Source: an uncultured Acidimicrobiales bacterium (GTDB lineage: Bacteria > Actinomycetota > Acidimicrobiia > Acidimicrobiales > SHLQ01). From it: 62,665 nucleotides of DNA. Position numbers and translations under genes: made by a program. The stretch is from assembly GCA_964441145.1 (NCBI GenBank), contig CAYTUB010000004.1:1-62665 (forward strand), given 5' to 3'. Positions 28,653 through 37,996 of the stretch are shown here, in pieces. The notes beneath the pieces were generated by a model that was not told the DNA's origin, searched no databases, and worked only from the letters and a program-made list of their open reading frames with translations. Within the stretch, counting starts at the first letter, position 1; each line of letters opens with the position of its first letter.

Positions 28653-29300
28653 ATGGCGCTTCCTCAACCCAACGCACAACAGCGCGGAATCGAGGGACCC
28701 GACGCCGTTCTCATTGCCTTGCGATCGTTGCGCGAGGGGAAGCATCGCCTCGACTCGGTTCTCGATGCTGACGAACGAGCGACGCTCATTGAGCTGATGG
28801 CGAACCGCGTAGTCGCTGCGGCCCATGGACTACCCATACTCATCGTTCACGACGACCCCGACGTCGAGCAATGGGCAGCTCAGCGAAACGCCGCCACGCT
28901 TCGCCCGACCTCGCCAGGGCTCAACCACGCCGTCACAACAGGTCGCGACCTTCTGGCCTCTCTGGGGGTCGAGCGTGTCGTCATTGCCCATGCCGACCTC
29001 CCTGAAGCGCAGGATCTCCGCCCGCTGCTGAGCGATGCCCCTATCTCGATTGTTCCGGACCGGCATGGTCAAGGAACCAACGTCATGTGCATTCCAGCCA
29101 CGTTGCCCTTTGAGTTCGCCTACGGCCCGGGATCGTTCGCCCGCCACTGTGCGCAGGCTCGAACCCTTGGCATCGAACCGCGTATCGTCGATGCTCCCGA
29201 TCTGGCACACGATCTGGACTATCCCGAAGACGTCCACAGCTTGGCTGCGAGTAACGGCCTTGCTGCATTTACCAAACTTGTCGATGAGGAACTCACATGA
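28653..29300 (+). CDS. cofC: 2-phospho-L-lactate (or PEP) guanylyltransferase CofC/FbiD
   Basis: SLREGKHRL...GLNHAV...VVIAHADLP...IVPDRHGQGTN pattern of CofC. Confidence 0.8.
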   Translation: MALPQPNAQQRGIEGPDAVLIALRSLREGKHRLDSVLDADERATLIELMANRVVAAAHGLPILIVHDDPDVEQWAAQRNAATLRPTSPGLNHAVTTGRDLLASLGVERVVIAHADLPEAQDLRPLLSDAPISIVPDRHGQGTNVMCIPATLPFEFAYGPGSFARHCAQARTLGIEPRIVDAPDLAHDLDYPEDVHSLAASNGLAAFTKLVDEELT

Positions 29301-30025
29301 CGATCTCCACCAACCTCCCCACACCCGAAAGGGTTCTCGCAATCGCCGCACACCCCGACGACATCGAGTTCGAATGCGGTGCCACTCTCGCAAAGTGGGC
29401 GGCGGCGGGCGCGGTGGTCAACCACCTCATCTGCACCGATGGATCAAAGGGAACCTGGGACGAGAACGCGGACACCGTTGCCTTGGTCGGCGTCCGCCAA
29501 GACGAGCAGCGCGAAGCAGCCAAGCGGCTGGGTGCTACCGGTGAGGTCTTCTTCCTCGGTGCGGTCGACGGCGAGCTCACAGCCGAGCTCAGCTGGCGAC
29601 GGGAGGTAGCGCGGGTGATTCGTATGACGCGGCCCGACGTCGTGCTTGGGCACGACCCCTGGAAGCGTTGGCGACTGCACCCCGACCACCGCAATGCAGG
29701 ATTTCTTGCTGTCGAAGGCGTCGTTGCCGCCCGCGATCCGTTCTTCTTTCCTGAGCTCGGCCTCGAACGTCATCGGCCCGAGACACTTCTGCTCTTTGAG
29801 AGTGAGGAGTTCAATCACGCGGAAGACGTCGCTGGATTCACCGACGCCAAGATTCAGGCCCTATTGGCACACGAGAGCCAGTTTGAAACCACGATGGTCA
29901 TTACCGACAACCCCGACAGTGAAACCGCTGCCTTCCATGCACGAGAGATCGAGCAGATGCGCACCATGGCAGCGGGAACAGAGTTCGCGGTAGCCGAAGC
30001 GTTCCATCGCATCGACGAACTATAA
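29297..30025 (+). CDS. PIG-L/LmbE-family deacetylase
   Basis: VLAIAAHPDDIEFECGATLAKW and HPDHRNAG motifs. ATGA overlap with cofC. Confidence 0.85.
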   Translation: MTISTNLPTPERVLAIAAHPDDIEFECGATLAKWAAAGAVVNHLICTDGSKGTWDENADTVALVGVRQDEQREAAKRLGATGEVFFLGAVDGELTAELSWRREVARVIRMTRPDVVLGHDPWKRWRLHPDHRNAGFLAVEGVVAARDPFFFPELGLERHRPETLLLFESEEFNHAEDVAGFTDAKIQALLAHESQFETTMVITDNPDSETAAFHAREIEQMRTMAAGTEFAVAEAFHRIDEL

Positions 30026-30045
30026 GAACCCAAAACAAACAACAA

Positions 30046-30071
30046 CCCCCACCGCATCGTTGCGGTGGGGG
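30046..30071. terminator. Bidirectional intrinsic terminator
   Basis: CCCCCACCGCA-TCGT-TGCGGTGGGGG between convergent genes. There is a T-rich run on the minus-strand side (TTGTTGTTTGTTTTGGG) and TTGGAGTTT on the plus side. Confidence 0.75.
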
Positions 30072-30135
30072 TTGGAGTTTGACTGAAAGGCAGAGCTTCC
30101 CGCCTTTTGCTTACTGGCTCAGAGCCAGCATGAAA

Positions 30136-30801
30136 TTAGCCTTCGACTGAGTCGTAGACCTTTGGCCAGAAGCGGTCACGTGCGGCCCAGATGCCACCGA
30201 TACCGAACTTGATGACGATGATCGCCACAAGGCCGGTGGTGAGTGCGTTCCAGAGCTGCTGAACGAGCTCTTCGCCGAAGCCGAGCTGGTTGAATGCAAG
30301 CAATCCACCGGTGATCCAGATCATTGCGTTGACAACCTTGAGAATCAGGTCCCCAGCGTTGACGTTTGCAACAGATGGAGCCAGTACGTCGCGAGCAATG
30401 TTTGCTGCGGCGCCGGTGATCACGATCAGGATGATCGCGATGATCACGTTCGGGATCCACGAGATGAAGGTGGTAACCAGTTCCTCGATGGAGTCAATGC
30501 CGAGTGTGGTAACTGCGAGCTGAACGAAGACCAACATGATGATCCAGCCGACGATCTTGGCGAGCAATGCAGAGGAGTCTGGGTAACCAGCACGCTCTAC
30601 GTATGCGCCGAGACCACTACGGTCGATAACACGATCAAACTTGATGGCGTCAAGCAGCTTCTTGAAGAGTCCAGCGATGAAGCCGGAGATGATCTTGCCT
30701 ACAAAGAGCAGCAAGAGGGCGCCTACAAGCGCCGGTACAAACTCAATGAAGGAACCGATCAGGTTTCCGAAAGAGTCTCTAATTTGGTCAACTAAATCCA
30801 T
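30136..30801 (-). CDS. Membrane protein with 'conserved TM helix' repeats (MscS-N-terminal-like)
   Basis: 221 aa. Repeated amphipathic/TM segments resemble the N-terminal part of small mechanosensitive channel proteins. There is no beta-barrel domain. Confidence 0.55.
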   Translation of the reverse strand: MDLVDQIRDSFGNLIGSFIEFVPALVGALLLLFVGKIISGFIAGLFKKLLDAIKFDRVIDRSGLGAYVERAGYPDSSALLAKIVGWIIMLVFVQLAVTTLGIDSIEELVTTFISWIPNVIIAIILIVITGAAANIARDVLAPSVANVNAGDLILKVVNAMIWITGGLLAFNQLGFGEELVQQLWNALTTGLVAIIVIKFGIGGIWAARDRFWPKVYDSVEG

Positions 30802-31016
30802 GGTGGGTAAATATGCCTTTCGCTATTTTTTTGTCAGGGACTGCAGCTTGGACGCCTCGGCGAAACCGAAAGTCGCGTGAACTGCGGAAAATTACGGATG
30901 TATATTTCGCCGCGACTTTAGCCACATGCAGTGCGTCATCACACCATGACTGCCACGCTTATTCCAAATGCAGGAGCGACGACTATTGCGCCATCGCCCC
31001 TGCATCACCGGGCGTG

Positions 31017-31042
31017 GGAATTTTTGACTGATGCAATGCGTA
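31017..31042 (+). promoter_or_regulatory. Candidate ECF-type promoter
   Basis: GGAAT-N17-CGTA about 130 nt upstream of the sigma-factor ATG, in a low-G+C leader. It resembles GGAAC/T-N17-18-CGTT. Confidence 0.2.
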
Positions 31043-31173
31043 GCGAGATAGCCGCATTGTTGACTTTCTCTCAGGCAATGGAAACAGCCAACGAGAAAAC
31101 CGGTTCGAGAACCTCGGCGAACAGCGATAACGTCACATCGACGGGAGGCGCAGGAAAGTCTGCGCATGAAAAG

Positions 31174-31686
31174 ATGGACGCCGAGCTAACACCAGAACAG
31201 CAGCTCGAGGTACTCGTACGAGATCACCTCGACGCGGTCTACCGCGTGGCGTTCTCCGTCGTGCGCGACAACGCCCTGGCCGAGGATGTTGCCCAAGACG
31301 CAATCCTCAAGGCGTGGAATGCGCTCCCCACCTTCCGCGGCGACTCATCATTGCGCTCATGGTTGCTACGAATCACCCACAACACGGCAATCTCGACAAT
31401 TCGCAAGCGCCGAGAAGAACTTCGAGAACCCGACCTGCTTCCAGAGCACGAAACATTGTCCTCGACGGAACATCAAGTTCTCGACCGTATGAGCATGTCG
31501 GCGTTCGAAGATGCTCTCAATCAGCTCGACGAGCTGTCCCGCTCGATCGTTGTCCTTCGTGAAGTCGAGGGGCTCAGCTACGACGAAATCTCAGACATTC
31601 TGGAAGTTCCACTTCCGACAGTGAAGACCCGACTGCTGCGTGCACGGCGAGTCCTCGCGGCAGCTCTCTCCGACTGGAGGGAATGA
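31174..31686 (+). CDS. ECF-type sigma-70 family RNA polymerase sigma factor
   Basis: Region 2 (DAVYRVAFSVVRDNALAEDVAQDAILKAW...WLLRITHN) and region 4 (LREVEGLSYDEISDILEVPLPTVKTRLLRAR). The ATG at 31174 gives a typical 170-aa length. Confidence 0.85.
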   Translation: MDAELTPEQQLEVLVRDHLDAVYRVAFSVVRDNALAEDVAQDAILKAWNALPTFRGDSSLRSWLLRITHNTAISTIRKRREELREPDLLPEHETLSSTEHQVLDRMSMSAFEDALNQLDELSRSIVVLREVEGLSYDEISDILEVPLPTVKTRLLRARRVLAAALSDWRE

Positions 31687-32069
31687 TGGCTCGACACCCA
31701 AAGCGCGAGGCACTCGCAAAATGGCTTACCGAACCAACTGCGGTAGACGTCGATCTCGATGAACACCTCTCCACGTGTGAGTACTGCGCGTCGGAGCTTG
31801 AGACCATTAGCCTTTCGGTCTCCAATGATGACCCTGAGCCTTCAGAACTCGGCCCAGCATTGCTTACATTGCTGGCACCTCCCGATGACCTACACGAGCG
31901 TGTGAGCAAACGATTGGCAGCGCGACTCCAGCGCCGCCAAGACGTGGAATTGTTCGGATCCATGTTGGGTATTCCACGAGAGGCCGGCGAGGTCTTCTTG
32001 AGCGATTCGCCAACACCGGCCGGCGAGTCTGACCTGTCAGAAGCAGACGAAAAAGCCGACGAGGCGTAG
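31683..32069 (+). CDS. Putative soluble ZAS-like anti-sigma factor
   Basis: ATGA overlap with the sigma gene. It has H-x3-C-x2-C (HLSTCEYC), no TM helix and an acidic C-terminus. Confidence 0.55.
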   Translation: MMARHPKREALAKWLTEPTAVDVDLDEHLSTCEYCASELETISLSVSNDDPEPSELGPALLTLLAPPDDLHERVSKRLAARLQRRQDVELFGSMLGIPREAGEVFLSDSPTPAGESDLSEADEKADEA

Positions 32070-32230
32070 CAGCCCAGGGACCCCGATTCCCCAATGTTGG
32101 CTTGGTTACACGCGAGTTCATCCGTATTCGCGCATCTTTGCTGGGCCTCACTCCGCGTATTTGCCCGAACGCTCGTTTTCATCAATTCCGCGGAGTCAGC
32201 CTAAGGTGCAGGATTGACGGAGGTGTGGCG

Positions 32231-32977
32231 ATGCTCTTTCTCGCCCAAACAAGTGGAACTGATGCGCTGATCGCGCTCGCCGTTATTGTCGGCGGCTTCA
32301 TCGTTGGCAGCCTGGCTGCGGCTATCGCTCGCCGGGTGGCGAGTTCGAGCAGCAGCGAGACGGTACAGAGTTCTGCAGCCGCACTCGCGACCTTGGCGTT
32401 CTCGATACTCGTGATCGCGGCGCTGGTTGCAGCCCTCGGCATCATCAACGAAGCCGCGCTCGATCAACTGGTTTCTGACCTCATCACCTTCATGCCGCGG
32501 CTTCTCTCGGCCACGATCGTCTTAATCATCGGAAACATCGCCGGCGCGATCGTCGAAACCGGGGTGGCACGCAGCCTCGGTCACGTATCTGCCGAACTTC
32601 GCCAGCGCGTCCCGTTGATTGTCAAGTGGGTCATCCAAGCGTTCGTACTCGTCATCGCAGCGAACCAACTCGGCATCGACACAACGATCATCTCGGTCGT
32701 CGTCGCAGCCGTCTCGTTCGGAATTGCCCTTTCGTTCGCCCTGCTGGCCGGCCTCGGTGGGCGCGGCGTTGCTGAACAAATCGCTGCCGGGCGAGCCTTG
32801 CGCCGCCAGCTAAAGATTGGCGACACGGTTCGCCTCGGGGAGCTGCATGGCGAGGTCAAGGCGATCGGTTCAACGGCTACGCAAATCACGAGCCACTCCG
32901 ACGTCATCTTCGTCCCGAACAAGGAGTTCCTCAACTCCTCCATCGAGATCCTCCACGCGGTGGACCAAGCCGAATAG
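32231..32977 (+). CDS. Small MscS-like mechanosensitive channel family protein
   Basis: The ATG at 32231 is preceded by GGAGG. It has TM helices and then IKIGDTVRLGELHGEVKAIGSTATQITSHSDVIFVPNKEFLNSSI (MscS beta-domain pattern). Confidence 0.65.
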   Translation: MLFLAQTSGTDALIALAVIVGGFIVGSLAAAIARRVASSSSSETVQSSAAALATLAFSILVIAALVAALGIINEAALDQLVSDLITFMPRLLSATIVLIIGNIAGAIVETGVARSLGHVSAELRQRVPLIVKWVIQAFVLVIAANQLGIDTTIISVVVAAVSFGIALSFALLAGLGGRGVAEQIAAGRALRRQLKIGDTVRLGELHGEVKAIGSTATQITSHSDVIFVPNKEFLNSSIEILHAVDQAE

Positions 32978-33156
32978 GCCTGCCGAGAACCGGCCCACGC
33001 ACGCTGCCAACTTTCTAGACGCACGGTGGCCTGGGTCAGCGAGTACTCACGGACCGTGATTTACTCCAAGCGTGTCGCTAAAACCTCGCGCCAGCCGCTA
33101 AAACAGTGGTCGGTACGGGAACCGATCTGATCCTGACGCTTGAGGAGATCACTGAG

Positions 33157-34023
33157 ATGGCCGTCACGCCCGACGAAATACGCAACAAGACTTTTTCTAT
33201 TCACCGCCGTGGATATGACCAACAAGAGGTAAGCCGGTACCTCGCGGCGATCGCCGATGAGCTGTCCTCGTTTAACGCGAGTACGGCCGCTAGCGACGAC
33301 ATCGTGGTCGCTGAGGTCGTCGACAGTGACGGCGTTGTCGAGGCGACACCAGTGGTCACCGCCGACGTCGAGCCCCAGCCCGAACCTGAGGTATCGCCGC
33401 TGGCTCCATCACGGACCGATGAGTTCGATCGCGTGGGCAACGAGATTTCGCTTATGTTGCGCCAGGCGCAAGAGAGCGCCTTGAAGATTCGAAGCGACGC
33501 CGAGGTAGAAGCACGGACGCTCGTCGACCAAATCCGCCTCGATATCGAAGCCGACCGTCAAGCACACGAACAGGCCGCCGGAGAGCTCATTGCTCGTACC
33601 GAGGAGCGCGCTGCAGAAGTTCGTGACGAGGCAGAGCTGTATGCAGGAGAGACCCGCGGTAACGCAGACACCTATGCCGCGGAGGTTCGCCAAAAGGCTG
33701 GATTGGAAAAGGCGGAACTCACCGCAGCGGTCGAAACCGACCGACAGCTCGCAGCCGACAAGCTGGAAGCGGCCTCCAACGATGCCGAGACCACCATCGC
33801 AGACGCGAATCGCCAGGCGGAAGAGATCATCCAGCAGGCTAAAGATGAGGCCAAGGCTCAGAGCGAACAGATGCTCGCCGACGCCCGTGGCTCACTCAAC
33901 ACCTTGCTCGATGCTGAACGTGCATCGAAGGAGAACCTAGAGAAGGCACGCGAAAACATCGCCTCTGCGCTCGCCGACCTCCGACTTACCTCCGTCGACA
34001 GCGCCTCACTGGGCGTCTCCTAG
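33157..34023 (+). CDS. DivIVA-domain protein
   Basis: MAVTPDEIRNKTFSIHRRGYDQQEVSRYLAAIADEL followed by a long coiled-coil. GAGGAG lies upstream of the ATG at 33157. Confidence 0.82.
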   Translation: MAVTPDEIRNKTFSIHRRGYDQQEVSRYLAAIADELSSFNASTAASDDIVVAEVVDSDGVVEATPVVTADVEPQPEPEVSPLAPSRTDEFDRVGNEISLMLRQAQESALKIRSDAEVEARTLVDQIRLDIEADRQAHEQAAGELIARTEERAAEVRDEAELYAGETRGNADTYAAEVRQKAGLEKAELTAAVETDRQLAADKLEAASNDAETTIADANRQAEEIIQQAKDEAKAQSEQMLADARGSLNTLLDAERASKENLEKARENIASALADLRLTSVDSASLGVS

Positions 34024-34379
34024 AGCTTCTGGTCGAGCTCTCTCGGAAGTTCGAAGCTTCCATCGGGAAGACAACCAAACCCATGCACCGCTTGAACCGC
34101 GTCGATGTTGAGCGCTCCATAAAGGTGCGGGAACATCTCGTCTTCGCCGTGCGAGCCCGGCTCGTATCGAAGCTCAGCGGTCAGCGCTGCGACGCTGATC
34201 TCGAGCAGAAGTAAGTCGTCGCGGCCCTGGTAGAGAAGGTTCGCCGGGCGAAGCACCTGGTGAAGTCCAGAGAGGTGAATGAACCCGTCGATTTCATAAC
34301 GCTGCGGCACATACTCGCTGCCGCCCTTGGTGTTGTTCCACAACTCCTCGTCAATGATGTGAAACACGACCTCGTCCAT
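34020..34379 (-). CDS. DUF952-like small protein
   Basis: MDEVVFHII...GFIHLSGLHQV...LLLLEI...FPHLYGALN pattern. The start at 34379 is preferred over the ORF-track start at 34598. Confidence 0.6.
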   Translation of the reverse strand: MDEVVFHIIDEELWNNTKGGSEYVPQRYEIDGFIHLSGLHQVLRPANLLYQGRDDLLLLEISVAALTAELRYEPGSHGEDEMFPHLYGALNIDAVQAVHGFGCLPDGSFELPRELDQKL

Positions 34380-34404
34380 CACGAGGACGCTATCGGACGA
34401 TAGC

Positions 34405-36054
34405 TTGATCGCTCCGATGAGTTCTACGGTCTCTCTCCGTCGCTGGCAACGAGATGCGCTAATTGCGTTTGCCGATCGCCCCTTGCCTGATTTTCTCGCT
34501 GTTGCGTGCCCGGGCGCAGGCAAGACCACCTTTGCACTCGCCGCGATCAGAGCTGAGCTCGGCGGCCAGCCACGCCCACTCGCGATCACCGTGCCCACCG
34601 CTCACCTGAAACAGCAGTGGGCCAGTGCAGCTGCTCGCTTTGGTCTGCACCTCGACCCTGATTGGCATCCAGAGAGCGGCCTGTCGGCCGATATGCACGG
34701 CGTGGTGGTCACCTACGCCCAGGCCGCCTCCGCTCGCCATCATCTTCGTTCGCTCTTGGAGGGTGGTGTGGTCGTGCTCGACGAGATTCACCACGCTGCC
34801 AACGATCGCTCGTGGGGCGACGGTGTCTTCCATGCCTTTGGTACGGCGGGCGTTCGGCTACTGCTCTCGGGAACACCATTTCGCAGCGACGACAACCCAA
34901 TCCCTTTCGTCCGCTACACCTTTGGTGACCACGGCGAGGCCGTAGCCGACGTCGAATATGGATACGGCGAAGCTCTGGCCGAGGGCGGCGTCGTGCGACC
35001 GGTGTACTTCCCTCGTTTCGATGGCCATATGGAGTGGACCGATGCCACCGGAGCGATCAAGGAAGCGACCTTTGGTGACACGGTCACCCGTGAGGACTGG
35101 AGCGCACGACTGAGAACAGCGCTCGACCCCGACGGCAACTGGCTCCCTACGGTTCTCCAAAAGGCAAACGAGCGCCTCGAACGGATTCGCGACGAGCACC
35201 CCGACGCGGGCGGACTCATCATCGCGACCGACCACGACCACGCCCGCGCAATCGCGACACAGATGACTTCGATTTCGGGCCAAGAGCCCGTGCTCGTGCT
35301 CAGTGATGACCCAGCAGCATCGAGCAAGATCAGCGACTTCGCCACGAACGATCAGCCGTGGATCATTGCGGTCCGAATGATCTCTGAAGGCGTTGATGTT
35401 CCACGCCTTCGAGTGGCCGTGTTCGCAACCACCACAACAACGGCACTCTTCTTTCGCCAGGCGGTGGGACGCATCGCACGCTGGACTGCCGGCTACTCGG
35501 TACAGCCCTCATATTTCTTTATCCCTGACGATCACCGGCTCCGGCAACAAGCAGCAACGATCGCCCTCGAACGACGTCATTCCATCGACAAGCGCCCTAC
35601 CGCAGACAACGGTCGTGACGTCGAGTTCGACAAGCCCACGGAACAGATCTCGCTATTTGCTGCTCTGTCGTCGACCGTGGTCGACGACAATCTGGCCGAT
35701 AGTGCCAACGGACTCGATCCAGATGAATCGCCGCTCGTCTCATCGGGTGCCGACCTCATTGGCCACCCGTTCGATCTTCCTCCGCCTCCCCCATTGGCTG
35801 GGGTGGCCGCTTCCCTTGATGTCCCAAGCGAGCTCAGCGCTATTCGCAGCCGCTTCGCGTCAAAGCAAGATCTTCGCGACAAGAACGCCGACCGGGCACG
35901 AACAATCGCCCGGATCGTCGGATGGGAGCATCGCGCGGTCAACGGCGAGCTGAATCGCCGTAGTGGGGTGCATCGAATTACCGAAGCGACCGCACAACAA
36001 CTCGAGCGTCGCCTCGCTGCCGCTGACGAGTGGCTTGAAGAATTGACCGGTTAA
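34405..36054 (+). CDS. Superfamily-2 DEAD/DEAH-box helicase (ResIII-like)
   Basis: LRRWQRDAL, Walker A CPGAGKTTFAL, DEIH box VVLDEIHHAA, and motif VI-like FRQAVGRIAR. The start is TTG 34405 or ATG 34417. Confidence 0.85.
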   Translation: MIAPMSSTVSLRRWQRDALIAFADRPLPDFLAVACPGAGKTTFALAAIRAELGGQPRPLAITVPTAHLKQQWASAAARFGLHLDPDWHPESGLSADMHGVVVTYAQAASARHHLRSLLEGGVVVLDEIHHAANDRSWGDGVFHAFGTAGVRLLLSGTPFRSDDNPIPFVRYTFGDHGEAVADVEYGYGEALAEGGVVRPVYFPRFDGHMEWTDATGAIKEATFGDTVTREDWSARLRTALDPDGNWLPTVLQKANERLERIRDEHPDAGGLIIATDHDHARAIATQMTSISGQEPVLVLSDDPAASSKISDFATNDQPWIIAVRMISEGVDVPRLRVAVFATTTTTALFFRQAVGRIARWTAGYSVQPSYFFIPDDHRLRQQAATIALERRHSIDKRPTADNGRDVEFDKPTEQISLFAALSSTVVDDNLADSANGLDPDESPLVSSGADLIGHPFDLPPPPPLAGVAASLDVPSELSAIRSRFASKQDLRDKNADRARTIARIVGWEHRAVNGELNRRSGVHRITEATAQQLERRLAAADEWLEELTG

Positions 36055-36752
36055 CGGCCGCTATCTCCGGCGCGCCGTTGCTCGAGAGCGAGTCCGATCT
36101 CTTCAAACATTGCCAGGACGCCAGGAAACCCAGGTATCGAGCGCAACCGTCGATCGGCGTAGGCAACGGCGACAAGAAACCCGATGAAACCTGCAGCGGT
36201 ACCGACGATCGTGCGGATGATCAAAAAGGCGGTGCCCGAATCAGATTCGCCTAACAACCAGATCTCGAACCCCACGGTCACCAGCTGGTAGATGGCATAG
36301 GCCAGGGTGATATCGCGCATGGTCGATTGATAGCGGGGATGGGCCTGTGTCTCCTCGGAGAACGGCAGCACCAGTGGAGCGAGCTTTGCCGCCAACGCTC
36401 GGCCGATAAGCACCGACCCCAGCGCAGCGAGTCCAAGTCCCACCTTGAGTCCAATTCCGATCGCGAGAAAGACCTGCTCTCCCCAGATCAGACCCGCGAT
36501 TCCTCGAACGAACAGGTACACGGCGATCGACGGAATCCACCAACCAATCGCCTCCCCTCGGCGCTGGCGCTGCACGACCGCCCATCCCGCTGCGAGGGTC
36601 ATCAAGATGATGGCCAGTCGATCGCCCCAAACGTCGCCGACAAATCGAGACCCGAGCTGATCTCCAATGACAAATCCAGCTATGGGAAGGATGCCCTCTG
36701 TGGAGGAGCCCTTTCGATAGGCCAGAGGTAGTTCGTCGTCGTGTGTCGTCAT
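36051..36752 (-). CDS. Polytopic membrane protein, unknown function
   Basis: About 233 aa from the ATG at 36752 (MTTHDDELPL...) with six hydrophobic helices. The ORF-track start at 36818 overlaps the upstream gene. Confidence 0.6.
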   Translation of the reverse strand: MTTHDDELPLAYRKGSSTEGILPIAGFVIGDQLGSRFVGDVWGDRLAIILMTLAAGWAVVQRQRRGEAIGWWIPSIAVYLFVRGIAGLIWGEQVFLAIGIGLKVGLGLAALGSVLIGRALAAKLAPLVLPFSEETQAHPRYQSTMRDITLAYAIYQLVTVGFEIWLLGESDSGTAFLIIRTIVGTAAGFIGFLVAVAYADRRLRSIPGFPGVLAMFEEIGLALEQRRAGDSGR

Positions 36753-36801
36753 TGGCAGGGGAAACCAGCAGGCCCTTTGAATATAGACGCCATGTGTGCC
36801 C

Positions 36802-37491
36802 TCAAAGCGGCGCGCCACCCGTCAAGATGACAGCGATCATGGCGAAGTGGATGGCGTTTGCCACGATGACGAACACGTGCCAAATCTCGTGGTAGCCAAA
36901 CACGTGCGGGTTCGGGTTCGGCCATTGAAATCCAACGATTAGCGCCCCGACGGTATATACGGCTCCTCCTGCGAGCAGAAGGGTCAAACCACCCGCGCCA
37001 AGCGCCGAGGAGATAGGGCCAATGAAAAGAACCGGCCACCAAGACACAACGAAGAACAACGAATTCGTAAAGCCGCGAGGTGGATGAAAGGGAGCCCAAA
37101 TCGCAAGGATCCCAAGTGTTGCTCCAACCAACATGCCCACCGACAGCCACAACCCACTTCGACCGCCTATGGCGTAGCCAACGGGAACCGTCGCTACGGC
37201 GATAAAGACCATGATCATCGACTTGTCGAGCTTGAAGAGCGCCTCCAGCCTGGACGTTTCCCACACCTTGTAGTGGGCAGCTGCACTCACGCTGTACAGA
37301 CCAACGCCGGCAAGTGCGTATACGACAGCGATAGCGGAAGCAGCCGCTCCGTCAGCCACGACCACCAGGACGATCCCTGCGATTGCCGAAACCGGGACCA
37401 TCCAAAGGTGCATCCGTCCACGCCACGAGGGGCGAGGCAGATTGAGCACGCGTCGCACCGACGGGCTCTGATCGCTGCGCATCGAAGTCAC
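36802..37491 (-). CDS. Hemolysin III / PAQR-family membrane protein
   Basis: Seven-TM profile and C-terminal EIWHVFVIVANAIHF, typical of the Hly-III family. Confidence 0.8.
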   Translation of the reverse strand: MTSMRSDQSPSVRRVLNLPRPSWRGRMHLWMVPVSAIAGIVLVVVADGAAASAIAVVYALAGVGLYSVSAAAHYKVWETSRLEALFKLDKSMIMVFIAVATVPVGYAIGGRSGLWLSVGMLVGATLGILAIWAPFHPPRGFTNSLFFVVSWWPVLFIGPISSALGAGGLTLLLAGGAVYTVGALIVGFQWPNPNPHVFGYHEIWHVFVIVANAIHFAMIAVILTGGAPL

Positions 37492-37603
37492 TGCGCAATT
37501 GTGCCCTCAGTAGTGCAACAATGCCCTTATTTGTCGCCATTTTCCTTGATCTTTATCAGATTTCCACGGCTGTTCCATTGCCTGTCGTCGGTACGGTTGG
37601 ACC

Positions 37604-37942
37604 ATGAGCAAGCGCACCGGGTTACGTCGATTTTGTGCGCTGGTCATCGTTTTGGCGGGTTTCATGCTGGTAGCGCCACCAGCACTTATCGGTGCCTTTC
37701 CCTCGGGGATTGCGGTGGCGCAGGTCACCCCACTCGATGATGAGCCAGACGAGGCCCCCAACCTCGGGCGCATCACAGGATCACCAGATCCTGGTCCGGT
37801 GGCCGAGGATGCTGGAGACCGTGGCGGCGCCGCACAATTGACTTTGGCGCTCGTCCTCTTCCTCGGGCTGGTCTTTATCGGGTACAGAATCAAGGCGGAA
37901 GTAACCCGGAACAGGAGCTCGAGTCCACCTAGGACAAGCTGA
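37604..37942 (+). CDS. Small secreted/membrane-tethered protein
   Basis: 112 aa. N-terminal signal/TM, an acidic Pro-rich middle, a C-terminal TM and a basic tail. Confidence 0.45.
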   Translation: MSKRTGLRRFCALVIVLAGFMLVAPPALIGAFPSGIAVAQVTPLDDEPDEAPNLGRITGSPDPGPVAEDAGDRGGAAQLTLALVLFLGLVFIGYRIKAEVTRNRSSSPPRTS

Positions 37943-37996
37943 GCTGTAGTAGTAAAACCGGGGAAGCAGACCACTGCGGCTGGGCTGAGGAGACCT

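Noticed and set aside
30931-31173. 81-codon N-terminal extension of the sigma-factor ORF.
   Set aside because: The extension lies in the low-G+C leader, has no sigma region 1-like sequence, and would make the ECF sigma atypically long. The ATG at 31174 gives canonical length. The extension is not fully excluded.
33060-33110. Direct repeat CGCTAAAAC occurring twice about 20 nt apart upstream of the DivIVA-like gene.
   Set aside because: It is a short 9-mer with no other supporting structure. It could be chance, so it was not promoted to a finding.
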